DNA from: Chiloscyllium plagiosum
Lineage: Eukaryota
Direction: 5' to 3'
Assembly (NCBI RefSeq): GCF_004010195.1
Contig: NC_057719.1
Span: 4,681,708-4,745,707, forward strand
DNA: 64,000 bases
This document shows, piece by piece, positions 50,901 through 63,418 of the stretch. The translations under genes and the position numbers were made by a program. The notes under the pieces are model-generated. The model had not been told where the DNA came from. It ran no database searches and was given only the letters and a program-made list of their open reading frames with translations. Positions within the stretch are counted from its first letter, which is position 1. The number at the start of each line of letters is the position of its first letter.

Positions 50901-51592
50901 ATGATTCTCTTGGTCAAGGTTAACCTGCAGGTTGAGTCCTTGTTTAAGAAAGCAAATATAATGTTGTCATTTATCTCAAGAGGTTGGAATATAAAAACAG
51001 TGATGTGCTACTGAGATTTTATAAAGCTCTGTTTAGGCCCCATTTAGAAAACTGTGTCCAGTTTTGGGCCCCACACCTCAGGAAGGACATACCAGCACTG
51101 GAGAGTGTCCAGCGGAGATTCACACGGATGATCCCTGGAATGGGAGGCCTAACATATGATGAGCAGCTAGGCATCCTGGGATTGTATTCACTAGAGTTCA
51201 GAAGGTTGAGGGGAGATCTGATAGAAACTTAAAAGATAATGCATGGCTTAGCATGGTGGACGCTGGGAATTTGTTTCCATTAGGCGGGGAGACTAGGACC
51301 TGTGGGCACGGCCTTAGAATTAGATGGGTCAATTTAGAACAGAAATGAGGAGACAATTCTTCACCCAGAGAGTGGTGGTCCTGTGGAATTCATTGCCATG
51401 GAACGCAGTGGAGTCTGGGTTGTCAGATGTTTTCAAGGCAGAGATTGACAAATTCTTGATCTCACAAGGAATTAAGGGATACAGGGAGAGTGCAGGTAAG
51501 TGGGGCTGAAATACCCATCAGCCGTGATTAAATGACGGACTGAACCTGAATGGCCGAATGGCCTTACTTCCACTCTTATATCTTATGGTCTT
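47960..51592 (+). mobile_element. CR1 LINE (esterase C-terminus, APE, RT, 3' UTR), many stops
   Basis: VVVHVGTN; YLNARSL, GITETW, AILDLVL, SDYN; RT; RPHLENCVQFWAP; tail tcttatatcttatggtctt. Confidence 0.9.
49521..49721. mobile_element. Penelope-derived fold-back mini-insertion with 16 bp TSD
   Basis: TSD atcaagtatgaaggta at 49505-49520 and 49722-49737; about 80 bp inverted arms. Confidence 0.85.
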
Positions 51593-52558
51593 AATTGCAA
51601 TTATCAATTAAATATAATTTAATGTGATTGTGCATAATATTTAATTAGGAACAGTAATGTATTTATGCTGTTGAACTCGAAGTATAAAGGATGTAGTTCA
51701 CACCCTACCACAACAATGGTGAAACTGAAAACATTTTGTCGAATCTGTATGATTACACAAAGTAAGGTGTGAAGGAACATAAATGCTGTTGGTTTATTGT
51801 TGAAGTCTAGCTGGTATTCTGCGCTCAGGTCCTTCAGCCAAGAAACCCCTTCCCGTATTATATGCTGCATGTTGATTCTCAATGTTTATTGAGTATCTTA
51901 GCAACTCAGTTTAAAAAGATATTTGCCAGTGCACTGAATGGCGTTTTGCTTACATTTTCCCACATGTATCCCCACTCCTCATCATCACCAATAAAAATGA
52001 AGTGCTTTTAGTCAGTGGCTTGATTAATGATTGTTGCATTGCCAGATTTTTCAAACGTGAAATGTCGGTTTGATTTTTGTTTAAGTACTGGTTTTGAGTT
52101 TTTAATCACCATGCAGCACAAGTGTATTTTTTTCTGTCCTGCTTCAAAATATTTAGAGGACAAGCGTAATGAGGAGGTTGCTATGGATACTGCAGGGCAA
52201 TTCTGAGAGTGAGTGCACAGCTGTTTTGATGTATTTTTAAACTGGTGGCTGGGGGTTTTGATCAAATTACTGACTCCATTACACAGAACAAATTACATGT
52301 TCCTTGTATGATAACAAGCGTGCATTATTGTGTCTGATATTGCTGTGCTAAATGTTTTACTATCATGTACTGTTTATGAAAAATAGATAACTTTAATTTT
52401 AGATACATCCCAGCAATTCAAATAATTGCTCACCTGTGTGGAATTTTAAATTTCTGTACTCTGATATATCAATTTAAACTAGTAGTAGGAGACTAAATGC
52501 CTTAATCAAGGAAATGACTAATATGAAATTTCACAACACCTTTACTGTGTCATGTAGG

Positions 52559-53345
52559 AACCACTGCTGTTTGTCATTTGCTGTTTGTCACTTTGGGAAG
52601 AATAACTGGAAGGCAGAGTACTGGGTCAATGGAAAGATTCTTGGTAGTGTGGATGTACAGAGGGATCTTGGAGTCCATGTACATATATCCCTGAAAGTTT
52701 CCACCCAGGTTGATAGTTCTGTTAAGAAGGCATACGGTGTGTTAGGTTTCATTGTTAGAGGGATTGAGTTCCAGAGCCACAATGTTATGCTGCAACTATA
52801 CAAAACGCTAGTGCGGCCACACTTGGAATATTGTGTACAGTTCTGGTCGCCATATTTCGGAAAGGATGTGGAAGCATTGGAAAAGGTGCAGAGGAGATTT
52901 ACCAGGATGTTGCCTGGTCTGGAGGGAAGGTTTTATGAGGAATGGCTGAGAGACTTTGGTCTGTTCTCATTGGAATGAAGAAGGCTAAGAGTGGATTTGA
53001 TAGAGACATACAAGATGATCAGAGGATTATTTAGAGTGGACAGTGAGAGTCTTTATCCTAAGATGCTGACGTCAGGTTGTACGAGGGGGCATAACTACAA
53101 ATTGAGGGGTGATAGATTTAAGACAGATGTCAGAGGCAGGTTCTTTATGCAGAGAGTGGTAAGGGCATGGAATGCCCTACCTGCCAATGTAGTTAACTCA
53201 GCCACATTAGGGAGATTTAAACAATCCTTGGATAAGCACATGAATGATGATGAGATAGTGTAGGGGGATGAGCTTAGAATAATTCACAGGTCGGCACAAC
53301 ATTGAGGGTCAAAGAGTGTTTCTGCGCTGTTTTGTTCTATGTTCC
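52559..53345 (+). mobile_element. Internally deleted CR1 3' fragment, near-identical to 44424-45207
   Basis: Same junction ccactgctg...tcatttgctgtttgtcactttggg and near-identical downstream ORFs. Confidence 0.88.
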
Positions 53346-54180
53346 ATGTACAAGCCATTAGTCATTTTTTTAACTTGGAGTTAGTTGCAGTTCTGTTTAG
53401 CTGTCAGAAAACTTGTAGTTTACTGTGTATTGTTGACTAAATTAACATTTTTTGCCTGCAACCTTTGCATTAGAATAATAATTTCAAAGTATCATCTTCC
53501 ACAAATGCATGATTTTTATTTTCTTAAATATTGCTAGTGGTATTCAGTCATTTTTTCCCATGGTTAGTGAACTTTAATGATGAAAAATTCATATTTTATA
53601 TTTGAGACTGAAAAAGTGTCCAGATAAGTCATACATTTGGTTTTGATGGACAGTGTCAGATGCATTGCCGAGAAAAGATGATAAGTAAGGAGTAATGCAG
53701 CAGAATAGGCTAGGAATGTCAAAGTTAGAGCAAGATAAAATGCCTGGAAAATGAATGGAAGTTTAAGATGTTGAGACTTTTGGCTATTTCGCAAATCTGT
53801 TTTGAATCATTTACTATATCTCGCCTGATAGACAGGTAAACCTTTAATTTCTTTCGCTGCTTTTGATTGAAGTTATATTCAGCATATTATTGCTGTGTAA
53901 TTATTGGCACAAGTCCTTCCTTACTTAACACTGTCTTTTTTAAATGGCAGAAAATTATATTGCACTCTCAAGTTGGAAATTGTGCACACTCAATTTGTGT
54001 TTTGTTCCACTTGTCACCTCAGACAAAAAAAGTGTTGCCTGGCAAAATAACTTTATTCAGACTTATTCACTGGAAATTATTTATTTTAATCCTTGGATAA
54101 TTTTCATAATTTTGTAAGAGGAATTGTCTTAAAGCTAGATCTGGCACGCATTCAAAAGTTTTATTCACTTGTGGCAATAG

Positions 54181-54723
54181 TGTCATCCCGTTCTCCCTCC
54201 CCTCAGTCAAAGCAAAACGCTCAGGGACACAGTATGGTTTTACCTCCTTCATCTTTATTCCCGGCCCTGGAGGGAGAGAGAACGATCGTCCATGTGCACA
54301 GCGACATGACTTCACAGTCTTCTCTGGAATAGCAGTTTCTTTATGAATTATTTAGGGAGGAACATCCAGATAAGGCAACATACATATTGAATGGGTGACC
54401 GTTACAATCAGCGAGTGTCAATAGCAAAGATTAAGCCATCTGGTGTTACACAATGAATGTTCTTAACCCTAACTGGCTTCACTTAATGAATACTTTTCAC
54501 CTTGGTAAACTGACCTTACATACTGAATACTTCCAATATTGTTAAATGGCTCTATATAATGCTTGCTTTTCCACCTTGTTAACCCATTACCCTTGCCTCC
54601 AGCACCCCAATGTTAACTGCAAGTTCTTATCTGATCTGAGTCATGCTCAACTGAACCTCCTTGTTTCACAAAACTCAGAACTTAACTCTTTCCCTACCTG
54701 CTTATACTGTATACCCATTCTCA
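54181..54723 (-). mobile_element. ERV solo LTR (copy 3)
   Basis: TG...CA ends; minus-strand AATAAA at 54254-54259; homologous to copies 1 and 2. Confidence 0.85.
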
Positions 54724-54826
54724 TTAAAGTATAGAATTTTTATCACTCTGTCAGGTTTGCTGGTGGTTTTGCAATCTGTGTATTATTCACATTTATTCCA
54801 CTAAAGAAGTTGACATATAATAGAGA

Positions 54827-56008
54827 AATTGTTTAAGAAGGGTGGTAAGGACAAGCCAGGGAACTCTAGACCAGTGAGCCTGACAAGTTGTTGGAGGGAA
54901 TCCTGAAGGACAGGATGTACACGTAAATTGGAAAGGCAAGGACTGATTATGGATAGTCAACATTGCTTTGCTTTGTGCATGGGAAATCATGTCTCACAAA
55001 ATTGATTGAGTTTTTTGAAGAAGTAACAAAGAGGATTGATGAGGGCAGAGTGGTAGATGTGATGTATATGGACTTCAATGAGGCGTTGACAAGGTTTCCC
55101 ATGGGAGACTGATTAGCAAGGTTAGGTCTCACGGAATACAGGGAAAACTAGCCATTTGGATACAGAACTGGCTCAAAGGGTGGCAGTGGAGGGTTGTTTT
55201 TCAGACTGGAGGCCTGTGACCAGTGGAGTGCCACAAGGATCGGTGCTGGGTCCTCTACTTTTTGTCATTTACATAAATGATTTGGATGTGAGCATAAGAG
55301 GTATAGTTAGTAAATTTGCAGATGACACCAAAATTGGGTGGAGTTGCAGGGAGATAGGAGAGTGAAGAAGGCATTTGGTATGCTTTCCTTTATTGGTCAG
55401 AGTATTGAGTACAGGAGTTGGGAGGTCATGTTGTGGCTGTACAGGACATTGGTTAGGCCACTGTTGGAATATTGTGTGCAATTCTGGTCTCCTTCCTATC
55501 TGAAAGATGTTGTGAAATTTGAAAGGGTTCAGAAAAGATTTACAAGGATGTTGCCAGGGTTAGAGGATTTGAGCTACAGGGAGAGGCTTAATAGGCTGGG
55601 GCTGTTTTTCATGGAACGTCGGAGCCTGAGGGGTGACCTTATAGAGGTTTACAAAATTGAGGGGCATGGATAGGGTAAATAGGCAAAGTCTTTTCTCTGG
55701 AGTTGGGTAGTCCAGAACTAGAGGGCATAGGGTTTTGAGTGACAGAGGAAAGAATATAAAAGAGACCTATGGGGCAACTTTTTCACAGTGTGGTACGTGT
55801 CTGGAATGAGCTGCCAGAGGAAGTGGTGGAGGCTGGTACAATTGTAACATTTAAGAGGCATTTGGATGGGTATATGAATAGGAAGGGTTTTGAGGGATAT
55901 GGGCCGGGTGCTGGCAGGTGGGACTAGATTGGGTTAGGATACCTGGTCCTCATGACGGATTGGACCGAAGGGTCTGTTTCAATGCTGTACATCTCTTTGA
56001 CTCTGTGA
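54827..56008 (+). mobile_element. CR1 RT/3' fragment with internal deletions
   Basis: [44 protein letters not shown] and 3' UTR; same subfamily as 1-1117 and 62225-63418. Confidence 0.9.
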
Positions 56009-56336
56009 TGCACGTTGATCAGTGACGTAAGGATCAACCTCTCCATAACCCTAACCCTGTTGGGTTAACTGTAGGGAAGCTATCTGAAAGAGCAGAGGTA
56101 ATACAGCCTTCTGTATTTAGCAGATATTTGACACAACTTTATTTCCTACAAGAATTTTGTATCCTTTGATATTTGTAGTACTGTAGTGCCACTGTTTCCC
56201 AACAGTGTTTTAGATTACTTCTTTGTAATTACCATCATGCCAATTTTGATGTTCATGAGCAGCCAAGCAGCACAATGGTACTGATTCTATTAATATATCT
56301 GCACTTCTTATTGATTTTCTACTTTACATATTTTAG

Positions 56337-56435
56337 GATACACTGATTGTGTGGTCTGAGGCAGAAAATTATGACTTGGCCCTCAGTTTTCAAGAAAAAG
56401 CAGGCTGCGATGAAATATGGGAAAAGATATGCCAG
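56337..56435 (+). CDS. PPP4R3: Next internal coding exon (probably coding exon 3) of PP4R3/SMEK, EVH1 domain
   Basis: ttttAG acceptor at 56335-56336 and GTGAGT donor at 56436. The 99 nt phase 0-0 exon reads [33 protein letters not shown] and joins in frame to the 33774-33829 exon (...YQKQQ/DTLIVW...). Confidence 0.96.
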
Positions 56436-56934
56436 GTGAGTATTACAAAACAACAATTACAATTATATAGTATTATTCAATATGAACCACCTCAAATTTT
56501 AAGTCTGAATTTTTCAATGACTGGGTTTATTCTTAAAATGTATTTTACTGGGCTGAATTGAAAGGGATCATTGGTTTAATGAAATAAAACTGGTCTGGGA
56601 ATGTGAGGTTTGAGTATAAATAAAAACAGAAGATGTAAAAGTAGTTCACTTTGCCACTGAATCTGCTTCACCATTCATTGATAATCCTCAACACAACTTT
56701 TCTGCCTTGGTCCTTTGACCCTTGATTCTCTTCCTTTATTAAAAATCTGTCTGAATACATTTAATGATCCAACCTCCATATTCCTCTGTAATTAAGAATT
56801 CCACACACATCGTACTCTCATCCTCAATTCTCACTATTGCAATTCACAAATTTGAATTCAGAAAGTTTGGGAATGTGTAAAGTAACAGCAGAAGATGACA
56901 AGATAGACTGCTAGGCTGTCATTTAAAACAATAT

Positions 56935-57069
56935 AGGCAAAAGTGAGTACTGCAGATGCTGGAGCTTAAAGTCAAGATTAGAGTGGTGCTGGAAAAGCAC
57001 AGCAGGTCAGGCAGCATTCGAGGAGCAGGAAAATCGGCGTTTCGGGCAAAAGCCCTTCCTGATGAAAGG
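56935..57069 (-). mobile_element. Penelope terminus mini-insertion with 14 bp TSD
   Basis: TSD atttaaaacaatat at 56921-56934 and 57070-57083; sequence matches 31107-31232, with a short inverted cctgatgaaagg end. Confidence 0.85.
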
Positions 57070-58264
57070 ATTTAAAACAATATGCCAGTGATTGATGCGT
57101 GCACCAGTATGCAGTCAAGTCCACATGTTCCTCCAGTCCCACCCAATGTAGGTAACTCTTCATTCCGACAATGTAGCAAGAGTGGATATTAAAATACTGT
57201 CCTGCCAGTGTTGCACAAACACTAAGCTGTTTAAAAATAGCCCAAATTAATATTTTTTTGGGGCCTGCTACTTCATTCCTTCAGTTGTTTTTAAACACTT
57301 TGGCTTTTAGTATAGCATAGTTTTTTTAATCAGTAAAATTTGTATTTAAACATCCAAGCTGAAATGTCGTTGTGATATTTTTGTAATGCCAGTGTGCCTT
57401 CTCCTTTACGACTTGATTTTTTTCATTTATTGACATCATCACTAAGCACATTGATATAAATATTAATCTTTCAGTTATATTTCAAGCATAACACGTTTGT
57501 CCCATATTTAGGTATTGATTGTGGGCAATCATTAATATTGGTGACCAAGCTATCTCTTTTCGAGCAGCCTGTTTTTGTCCATTGTCTGTGACTTTATCTT
57601 GCTAAATGTGCTGTATCTAAAGGTCATTGGTGTTGATTGCTGCTGAAAATAAAAAAATCTAGTTCTCACTATTAGTGCTGACTTCCTGCTTAATGTTTGA
57701 TAACATTGCGGTTTCTATGCAAGGTTTTCTTTTGAACTGCTTCCAAAGCGAGGTTGAAGTTTATTAATAAATCACTTAGTTGTAGATTTTAGCTTCAATG
57801 ACTTTATTTTAAAAGTTGTGTTTTGTATTGTGTGATTAGAATACTATAATGACTCACTAAAAGGAGACACCCCATTTCCTTTCACTCCTAACATATATTC
57901 TGCTTTCAAGATTGTTTTTGCTAGACCGTTCATGACCAAACAACCCTCTACGTTTTAGCAGTAACTGAAACAGCCATTATTTATATGGTGCCTTTAAGGT
58001 ATCTAAACATTCTAAAGTGCTTTATGGAAGAGTTAACAGGCAAACTGTGACATCATATAAGGAAGTATTAGGTATACCTTGGCATCGCAAGTGCAAATCG
58101 AAATACTTTTTCAATATTATGACAGTTTCTGCCTGTACCACCCTTACAAACAGTGAGTTCCAGATTCCTACTATCCTTCGGGTGAAAAAAAACTTTCTTC
58201 TTACTAACCTTCTGCCTCTCTCACTAAATCTATCCCCCCCCGAAAAATCTTTCACTTTTGCAAT

Positions 58265-58400
58265 TTAGAGTGATGCCAACAGCACTGGTTCAATTCCTGC
58301 ACCAACTGAAGTTACCATGAAAGACTCCTTCTCAAGGTCTCCCCTCACCTGTGGTGTGGTGACCATCTGGTTAAGTCATCACCAGTTCTCTCCCTCTGCT
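58265..58400 (+). mobile_element. Probable tRNA-derived SINE fragment (not HE1)
   Basis: B-box-like ggttcaattcc followed by a non-HE1 body. Confidence 0.35.
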
Positions 58401-58477
58401 GGCCAAGCAACTCTTTTACTTATGGCCTAAATAACTTTTTATATGGTTCCAGCAATTGCAGCGCAATTAAAATTACA

Positions 58478-59120
58478 ATAAGAACATAAAAACTAGAGGA
58501 AGGAGTAGGCAATTCAGCTCATCAAGTCTGCTCACCCATTCAGTCTGATCATGGCTGATCTCATCTCAGCCTCCACTCCGTTTTTCTGCCAGCGCTCGTA
58601 ATACTAATACTAATTACTCATAAACCCAACACTAATTAAAAATCTGAGGTAGTGAATTCCTCGGATTCAAGACCCTTTTGAGAGAAGTAATTCCTTACCT
58701 CTGTTTTCAATCTGCTACCACTTATCCTAAAACTATGACCTCTTGTTTGAGCTTGCCGCACAAGGGGAAACATCCACTGTGTCTACTTTGTTAATCCCCT
58801 TCATCATCTTATTTACCGCAGTTAGATCTCCTTGCATTTTTCCACACTGCAGAGAGTAAAAGCCTAATGTGCTTAATCTCTCAAGATAAATCCTGCACCT
58901 CTGGAATCAATATACTGAAGCTCCTCTGGACTGCCTCCAAATCAGTTACATCCCACCTCATGTAAAAGGACCAAAATTCTATACAATACTCCGGTGCGGT
59001 CTCACTGATACTTTGTACAGTTGCAGCAACACTTCCCTACTTTTATACCCTTCTCCTTTATTCTGCAATTCATGCACAAGGATACACAGATCCTTCTGCA
59101 CTGAAAGCACTCTGAAGATT
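58478..59120 (-). mobile_element. Degraded CR1 3' fragment
   Basis: ataagaacataa tail and reverse-complement LLQLYK..VRPHR.YC.EFW motif. Confidence 0.7.
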
Positions 59121-59214
59121 TAGATCTTTACAAGTTTCCCAATCTTCCGGCGTACCATTGGTCTTAGTTTTTATCTTTGTTATCTTTTACTGTCTGTTCA
59201 AACTGCTGTGCAGA

Positions 59215-59470
59215 CCAAAAACCAAATGAACTGTGGATGCTGGAAATCTGAAACAAAAATGGAAACTACTGGAAAATTGCAAATCTGGCAGCATCTGTGG
59301 AGAGAAATCAAAGTTAATGTTTTAGATCCAGTGACTCTTCAGAATTGATGCTAGCTAGGAAAGGGTGGTTTTTATGCAAAAGGTGGGAGGAAGAGGGAGG
59401 AATAAACAATAGGTGGAGGTAGAGCCCAAAGAAAGAGAGAAACAATTAAACAGCCCAAGGATTGGATTTA
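59215..59470 (-). mobile_element. Old Penelope-like terminus
   Basis: ctgtggatgctggaaatc...ggcagcatctgtggag...gactcttcag resembles the other termini; followed by a purine-rich tract. Confidence 0.5.
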
Positions 59471-61098
59471 TTGGGGGGGGAGCGTATATATCTGGTGGTG
59501 GCATCCATTTGAGGAGGCAGAAATGGTGGCCAATAACCCTCTGGATGTGAATGCTGATGGAATGGTAATTGAGGACAAACACACTGCTTGTCATGGGTGT
59601 CAAGTTACTGCATTTACAAAACTCTTTCAAAACATCAGCTTTAAAACAATTCTTTCTCATTTCTGTCTACAATTTTAAAAAGCACAAAAATGATAAGAGA
59701 CGGTTCTTACAATCCTTCCTGCCACAGAAGATGCATTCTCTATTTATCTGCTATACTTGAAAATCTCTTAAGTATGTGCTTGCCGTTACAGTTAGGGCTG
59801 TCATTTACTGTCCATGCTAATAACCCTGAGATGATGGTGTTGAGCTGTCATCTTGAACTACTGTGTGTTTAAGACACGTACAATGCTATTGAGTAGTCAG
59901 TACCAACTGTAAATGTGAAAGGTTCTAGCTGTTCTTTTGTTAACTGTTGCGGTGTTTTGAACCCTCAGCATGATGGGAGTGTTGAAGGTTTATTTTTAAT
60001 AATCCTCTTCCACAAGCTTTTAGATTGTAGCAAATTCTAAAGAATTCTTTTGTTTCAAAACTTCGTTCATTTCATAGCTGTCATCAGTGTAGACTCCTGA
60101 TCGTCAAATTAGAATTCTTAAAAGTAATTTGGAAGTAATATATTTGCCCATGTATTTGTTTACTGTTCCTGCTGCTTATTTTCCTTAGGGGAAAATAAGC
60201 ATTTTGACTAACAATTAATAGTTTTACATGTGGACATAAAATGCATAATAACCATTAAACAAATTTACATGGAATATGCAGTGCAAGAACAACCTATTCT
60301 CCCCAGCTAATGTGTTCCAGTGTTTATCATCAATACAAGTCGTTTTCCATCTAGTTCACCTAACTCTGGCAGTAAAATCTTCTGTTTTTTTCACTTTTGG
60401 TCTTCATCCAGCTTCCCTTCTAAATGTGTCTGCTTGTTCCCTCATACTACTCTTGTGGTAGCCATTAATTTAACAACTTTCTATATAGATTTATTAGTAT
60501 GGTCTCTAATTTTAAACGTTCCCACAAATAATGATATTATCTAACATAGATCTAAAATGCCGGACTTTTTTTTAAACATTTTGAAAACATCTTTTAGCTG
60601 TCCCCTCAGCTTTCCTCTTTTTCTAAATATTCCCAGCCCATTTACTCCTCACCAGGACTTAATATCTGTTGGTTCTGGAATCATTCTGATAAGAATTTTA
60701 TGCATGCTTTCCAGTGCCTCTCTGTTTTATCAATAATATGGATATGATCAGCACACAGTACTCTCTCAAGTATGGTCAAATTGAAAATGTAATGCAACTT
60801 CTCTATTTTTCAGTTCTATCCCTCTAAGCATTCACCCCAGTAATTAGTCTACAGAAGACTAGACTATTCGATTTTTATTTTGATATTATTGACTCGTGTT
60901 GCTACTTTCACTGTCAAATAGGTATCGAGATTAGTTTTAATATCAGTATATGTCTGATGTATGTTGTTTTCTTCAGACTTTAACTGTTATTAAGCCAATG
61001 GGTAATTTAGATGTTATTTTACATTTGTATACTGCTGTCCTGCTGGCTCTGCCAACACTGCCATGCTCCAAAAACTTTTCATCTTCAGGCATGAATTT

Positions 61099-62222
61099 CT
61101 ATAGAGTCATTGAGTCATACAGTATGGAAACCGACCCTTCAGTCCAACTAGTCCATGCCAGCCATGTTCCCAAGCTAAACTTCTGCCACCTGCCTGCTTT
61201 TGGCCCATATTCCTCCAAACCTTTCCTATTCATGTACTTGTATCCAAATGTCTTAACTGTTGAAACTATACCTGCATCCACCACTTCCTCTGGCAATTTA
61301 TTCTGCACATGAACCACTCTGTTAAAAAAAAAACAGTTGCCCCTCGTGTCCTTTTTAAAACTTTCTCCATTCATCTTAAAAATCATGCTCCTAGTTTTGA
61401 GCTCCCCCACCCGAGGGAAAAGACTCTTGCTATTCACCTTATTTATGCCCCTCCTTTTTTTATAAACCTCTATTAAATCACCCCTCAACCTCCTACACTC
61501 CAGTGAAAAAAATCCCAACCCATCCAGCATATTCTGCATACCGTACTCCATGAGAGGCCTCACCAATGTCCTGTACAACCTCAACATGACATCCCAACTG
61601 CTCGGTCTGAGAAATGAAGGCAAGCATTCTTTACTAAAATCTATATAACCCTGTCTACCTGTGACACAAATTACAAGGAATTTTCTATCTGTGCTTAGGT
61701 TCCTCTGTTCTATCACACTATCTAGGGCCTTACCATTAATTGTATAAGTCGTACTCTTATTTGTTTTACCAAAATGCAGTACCATGCATTTATCCAAATT
61801 AAACCCCATCTGTCATGCCTGAGTCCATTGACCAAATTGATTAAGATCTCTTGTAATCTTGGAGAACGTTCTTCACTGTCCATTATACCACCAATTTTGG
61901 TGTCATCAGCAAACATACTAATCATGTCTCCCATCTTCTCATCCAAATTCTTTATATAAATGAAAAAAAAAGTGGACCCAACACTAATCCCCGTGTCAGT
62001 CTCAAGTGGGAAAAACAACTCTCCATTACCACCCTCTGTATCTTACCATCATGTCAATTTTGCATCTGAATGGCAAGCTCACCCTGAATCCCATATGATC
62101 TAACTTTACTAATTAGTCTACCATGTGGAACCTTATCAAAGTCTTTACTAAAATCTATATAACCAATGTCTACCACTCTTCCCTCATCAATCCTTATTTC
62201 CTCAAAAAATTAAGTCAGGTTA
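61099..62222 (-). mobile_element. CR1 RT/3' fragment (continues at about 63419-63505)
   Basis: [35 protein letters not shown]; atagagtcat tail. Confidence 0.85.
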
Positions 62223-62224
62223 AA

Positions 62225-63418
62225 ATGTCATAAAGTCATAGAGATGTACAGCATGGAAACAGACCCTTCGGTCCAACCCGTCCATGCCGCCCAGATATCC
62301 CAACCCAATCTAGTCCGACCTGCCAGCAGCCGGCCCATATCCCTCCAAGCCCTTCCTATTCATATACCCATCCAAATGCCTCTTAAATGTTGTAATTGTA
62401 CTAGCCTCCACCACTTCCTCTGGCAGCTCGTTCCATACACATACCACCCTCTGCATGAAAAAGTTTCCCCTGAGGTCTCTTTTATATCTTTCCCCTCTCC
62501 CCCTAAACATATGCCCTCTAGTTCTGGACTCCCTGACCCCAGGAAAAAGACTTTGACTATTTATCCTATCCATACCCCTCATAATTTTGTAAACCTCTAT
62601 AAGGTCACCCCTCAGCCTCCGACACTCCAAGGAAAACAGCCCCAGCCTGTTCAGCCTCTCCCCATAGCTCTCATCCTCCAACTCAGGCAACATCCTTGTA
62701 AATCTTTTCTGAACCCTTTCATGTTTCACGACATCTTTCCGATAGGAAGGAAACAAGAATTACACGCAATGTTCCAACAGTGCCTAACCAATGACCTGTA
62801 CAGCTGCAACATGGCCTCCCAACTCCTGTACTCAATACACTGACCATTAAAGGAAAGCATACCAAATGCTTCTTCACTAACCTATCTACCTGCGACTCCA
62901 CTTTCAAGGAGCTATGAACCTGCACTCCAAGATCTCTTTGTTCAGCAACACTCCCTAGGACCTTACCATTAAGTGTATAAGTCCTGCTAAGATTTGCTTT
63001 CCCAAAATGCAGCACCTCGCATTTATCGGAATTGAACTCCATCTGCCACTTCTCAGCCCATTGGCCCATCTGGTCCAGATCCTGTTGTAATCTGAGGTAA
63101 CCCTCTTCGCTGTCCACTACACCTCCAATTTTGGTGTCATCTGCAAACTTACTAACTGTACCTCTTATGCTCGGATCCAAATCATTGGACACGAGCATAA
63201 GAGGTACAGTTAGTAAGTTTGCAGATGACACCAAAATTGGAGGTGTAGTGGACAGCGAAGAGGGTTACCTCAGATTACAACAGGATCTGGACCTGATGAG
63301 TCAATGGGCTGAGACGTGGCAGATGGAGTTTAATGCAGATAAATGTGGGGTGCTGCATTTTGGGAAAGCAAATCTTAGCAGGACTTATACACTTAATGGT
63401 AAGGTCCTAGGGAGTGTT
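62225..63418 (-). mobile_element. Young CR1 3' fragment ending in a about 227 bp fold-back inverted duplication
   Basis: [27 protein letters not shown] is read on both strands; arms 62947-63173 and 63192-63418. Confidence 0.9.

Larger units (their letters stand above)
33830..56336 (+). other. 22.5 kb GT-AG intron of PPP4R3
   Basis: Lies between two exons that are contiguous in the SMEK protein. Its length includes two N-gaps. Confidence 0.9.

Noticed and set aside
56349..56561. 70 aa [13 protein letters not shown]... as a standalone gene
   Set aside because: It is the PPP4R3 exon read through the GT donor at 56436 into intron.
60181..60200. Possible acceptor ttccttAG for the next PPP4R3 exon
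   Set aside because: The downstream sequence does not encode VQGKDPS and soon hits stops.
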